Shown here: positions 61,843 through 64,000 of the stretch, piece by piece
How positions within the stretch are numbered: the stretch's first letter is position 1
Layout of the letters: every line of letters starts with the position of its first letter
Origin: Escherichia coli
Lineage (GTDB): Bacteria > Pseudomonadota > Gammaproteobacteria > Enterobacterales > Enterobacteriaceae
Reading direction: 5' to 3' (one strand)
Assembly (NCBI RefSeq): GCF_003790525.1
Contig: NZ_CP033635.1
Length of the DNA stretch: 64,000 nucleotides
Notes under the pieces: model-generated
Database searches by the model: none
What the model saw: only the letters and a program-made list of their open reading frames with translations
What the model was told of the DNA's origin: nothing
Translations under genes and position numbers: made by a program

Positions 61843-63411
61843 TTAGCGTGCCGGCTGAGTAGTCGTGGAAGACTGCTCAAAGTGATAGCGACCGGTTTTC
61901 AGGCTGCTTGGGCCGAGGCGTGCAAACTTGAACATTAAGAACAATTCTGCCACCAGGAACAGGGTATACAGGCCGCAAATCAGCACCATTGAGAAGATGA
62001 GATCGCCTGCGGTCAGTGACGAGTTCGCCACAGCTGTCGGTAGCACTTCACCGATAGCCCACGGTTGGCGGCCATATTCAGCCACAAACCAGCCCGCTTC
62101 TACAGCAATCCACGGCAGCGGAATACCGTACAGCGCGGCGCGCAGCAGCCATTTTTTCTCGCCAATGCGGTTGCGGATGACACTCCAGAAAGAGAGCGCG
62201 ATGATTGCCAGCAGCAGGAAGCCACACGCCACCATGATACGGAACGCGAAGTACAGCGGCGCTACACGCGGAATGGAGTCTTTGGTTGCCTGTTGAATCT
62301 GCGCTTCAGTCGCATCAGCCACGTTTGGCGTATAGCGTTTCAGCAGCAGACCGTAACCGAGGTCTTTCTTCATGCTATTGAACTGGTCACGAACCGCCTG
62401 GTCGGTAGAACCAGAACGCAGTTGCTCGAGCAGAGAGTACGCCTTCATCCCGTTACGAATGCGTTCTTCATGCTGCACCATCAGTTCTTTCAGGCCGATA
62501 ACTGGAGTATCCACGGAACGCGTTGCAATGATGCCCAGCGCGTAAGGGATCTGGATCGCAAATTTGTTCGTCTCCTCTTCCTGATCAGGAATGCCGAACA
62601 GAGTAAAGGCAGCAGGCGCAGGTTGCGTTTCCCACTCGGCTTCAATAGCAGCCAGTTTGGTTTTCTGCACGTCGCCCATTTCGTAACCAGATTCATCACC
62701 CAGAACAATAACAGACAGAACGGCAGCCATACCGAAGCTGGCAGCGATAGCAAAGGAGCGTTTAGCGAAGGCGAAGTCACGACCTTTCAGCATATACCAT
62801 GCGCTGATACCGAGGATGAACATCGCGCCAGTCACATAACCAGACGCTACAGTGTGAACGAATTTCACCTGAGCAACCGGGTTAAGCACCAGCTCGGAGA
62901 AGCTCACCATCTCCATACGCATAGTTTCAAAGTTGAAATCGGACGCGATTGGGTTTTGCATCCAGCCGTTCGCAACCAGAATCCACAGTGCGGACAGGTT
63001 TGAACCGAGCGCCACCAGCCAGGTGACACACATATGCTGAACTTTACCCAAACGATCCCAACCGAAGAAGAACAGACCTACAAAGGTGGATTCGAGGAAG
63101 AAGGCCATTAGACCTTCGATTGCCAGCGGCGCACCGAAGATATCCCCTACATAGTGGGAATAGTAAGACCAGTTAGTCCCGAACTGGAACTCCATGGTCA
63201 GACCGGTAGCCACACCCAGAGCGAAGTTGATACCAAACAACTTGCCCCAGAACTTGGTCATATCTTTATAAATCTGTTTGCCGGAAAGGACGTAGACCGT
63301 TTCCATAATGGCCAGCAGGAACGCCATACCGAGCGTCAGTGGCACAAAAAGGAAGTGGTACATCGCGGTCAAGGCAAACTGTAAGCGCGACAGTTCGACT
63401 ATATCTAACAT
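61843..63411 (-). CDS. cydA: Cytochrome bd-I ubiquinol oxidase subunit I CydA (522 aa)
   Basis: [31 protein letters not shown]...; track ORF begins one ATG earlier at 63414. Confidence 0.97.
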
Positions 63412-63554
63412 CATGACTCCTTGCTCATCGCATGAAGACTCCGAGAGTGAACCCCGTTAGAAAGGGTCACACGCATGCCCCAATACAAAATTATTTGCTC
63501 GCCTCTATCGTTGCCATTTCATCAAAAGAGGAAAAGACAATGATAAAAAAGTTA

Positions 63555-63794
63555 CAAATATGTTAATGAATAAACCAAATTGATCCCGTAATTATATTAC
63601 GCCGCAAAATCCTTACAATAAACAGGTTTTTATTGAGCAAATTTGCATTTTTCGACAGTGATCAATTTATAGCGAAATTGTCACGATCTCACCAATTTGA
63701 TCTACGACAATTTATCGTGTTTTGCAGATTTTTTTCAAGAATTAAAAATTGATTTATATCAAAACCAACCAAATATGTTAATTATGTATAAACC
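63555..63794. promoter_or_regulatory. AT-rich cydAB control region with two copies of an AAATATGTTAAT(G/T)...ATAAACC direct repeat (ArcA-box-like TGTTAATTA cores)
   Basis: acaaatatgttaatgaataaacc (about 63555-63577) and ccaaatatgttaattatgtataaacc (about 63769-63794). Confidence 0.4.
63749..63762. promoter_or_regulatory. FNR-type site (TTGAT-N4-ATCAA) in the cydA upstream region
   Basis: ttgatttatatcaa, about 340 nt upstream of cydA ATG in an AT-rich region. Confidence 0.5.
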
Positions 63795-64000
63795 ATAGAT
63801 CATTGGTGATTTTATTGTTAATTTATTGTGAAATATTTATGCAACACAATTATTACAATGAAAAGGTATAGATAAAAAACCAGTGTTTTATTTAACAGAA
63901 CCGCCTTATCCACTTTTTATAATACCAATTGATTAGATTAGCCAATTTGTTGCTATTTTACATAACATATTTTTATCAAAGTTAATTGATTGTTGCCTTT

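Noticed and set aside
60658-61938. 426-aa plus-strand ORF (His/Cys/Gln-rich)
   Set aside because: Completely antisense to cydB; atypical composition and no ribosome-binding site; a long antisense open frame produced by the codon bias of the membrane-protein gene.
62065-63003. 312-aa plus-strand ORF
   Set aside because: Antisense to cydA; same reasoning as above.

Overview
This window reads as an Escherichia coli chromosomal segment, the K-12 ybiB-dinG ... tol-pal-cyd region in reverse-complement orientation. It is densely packed with recognisable housekeeping genes, in order: ybiB (partial), dinG, rhlE, cecR-ybhGFSR, ybhQ, ybhP-clsB-ybhN, ybhM, ybhL, moaABCDE, ybhK, uvrB, bioBFCD/bioA, ybhB, ybhC, ybhJ, ybhI, ybhH, ybhD, pgl, ybhA, modABC, acrZ, modE, modF, galETKM, gpmA, aroG, ybgS, zitB, pnuC, nadA, a Lys/Val tRNA array, cpoB-pal-tolB-tolA-tolR-tolQ-ybgC and ybgE-cydX-cydB-cydA. 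No CRISPR array, IS element, integrase or prophage gene was found. The one clearly accessory feature is a two-gene cassette at 2752-3473, between rhlE and dinG, where K-12 (from memory) carries ybiA. It encodes a ParE/RelE-family toxin preceded by an unusually long (146 aa) putative antitoxin whose C-terminal tail resembles ParD/PaaA2-type antitoxins and whose N-terminal domain I cannot assign; repeated GCAATT/AATTGC motifs sit in its promoter. Other departures from the K-12 reference as I recall it are an in-frame TAA stop splitting zitB, six rather than seven tRNAs in the Lys/Val array, and a 426-aa tolA. All calls rest on reading the sequence and the ORF track plus recalled protein sequences and gene order; no database search was run. 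CDS coordinates follow the ORF track; hand-indexed sites (operators, tRNAs, acrZ, cydX) may be off by 1-2 nt.
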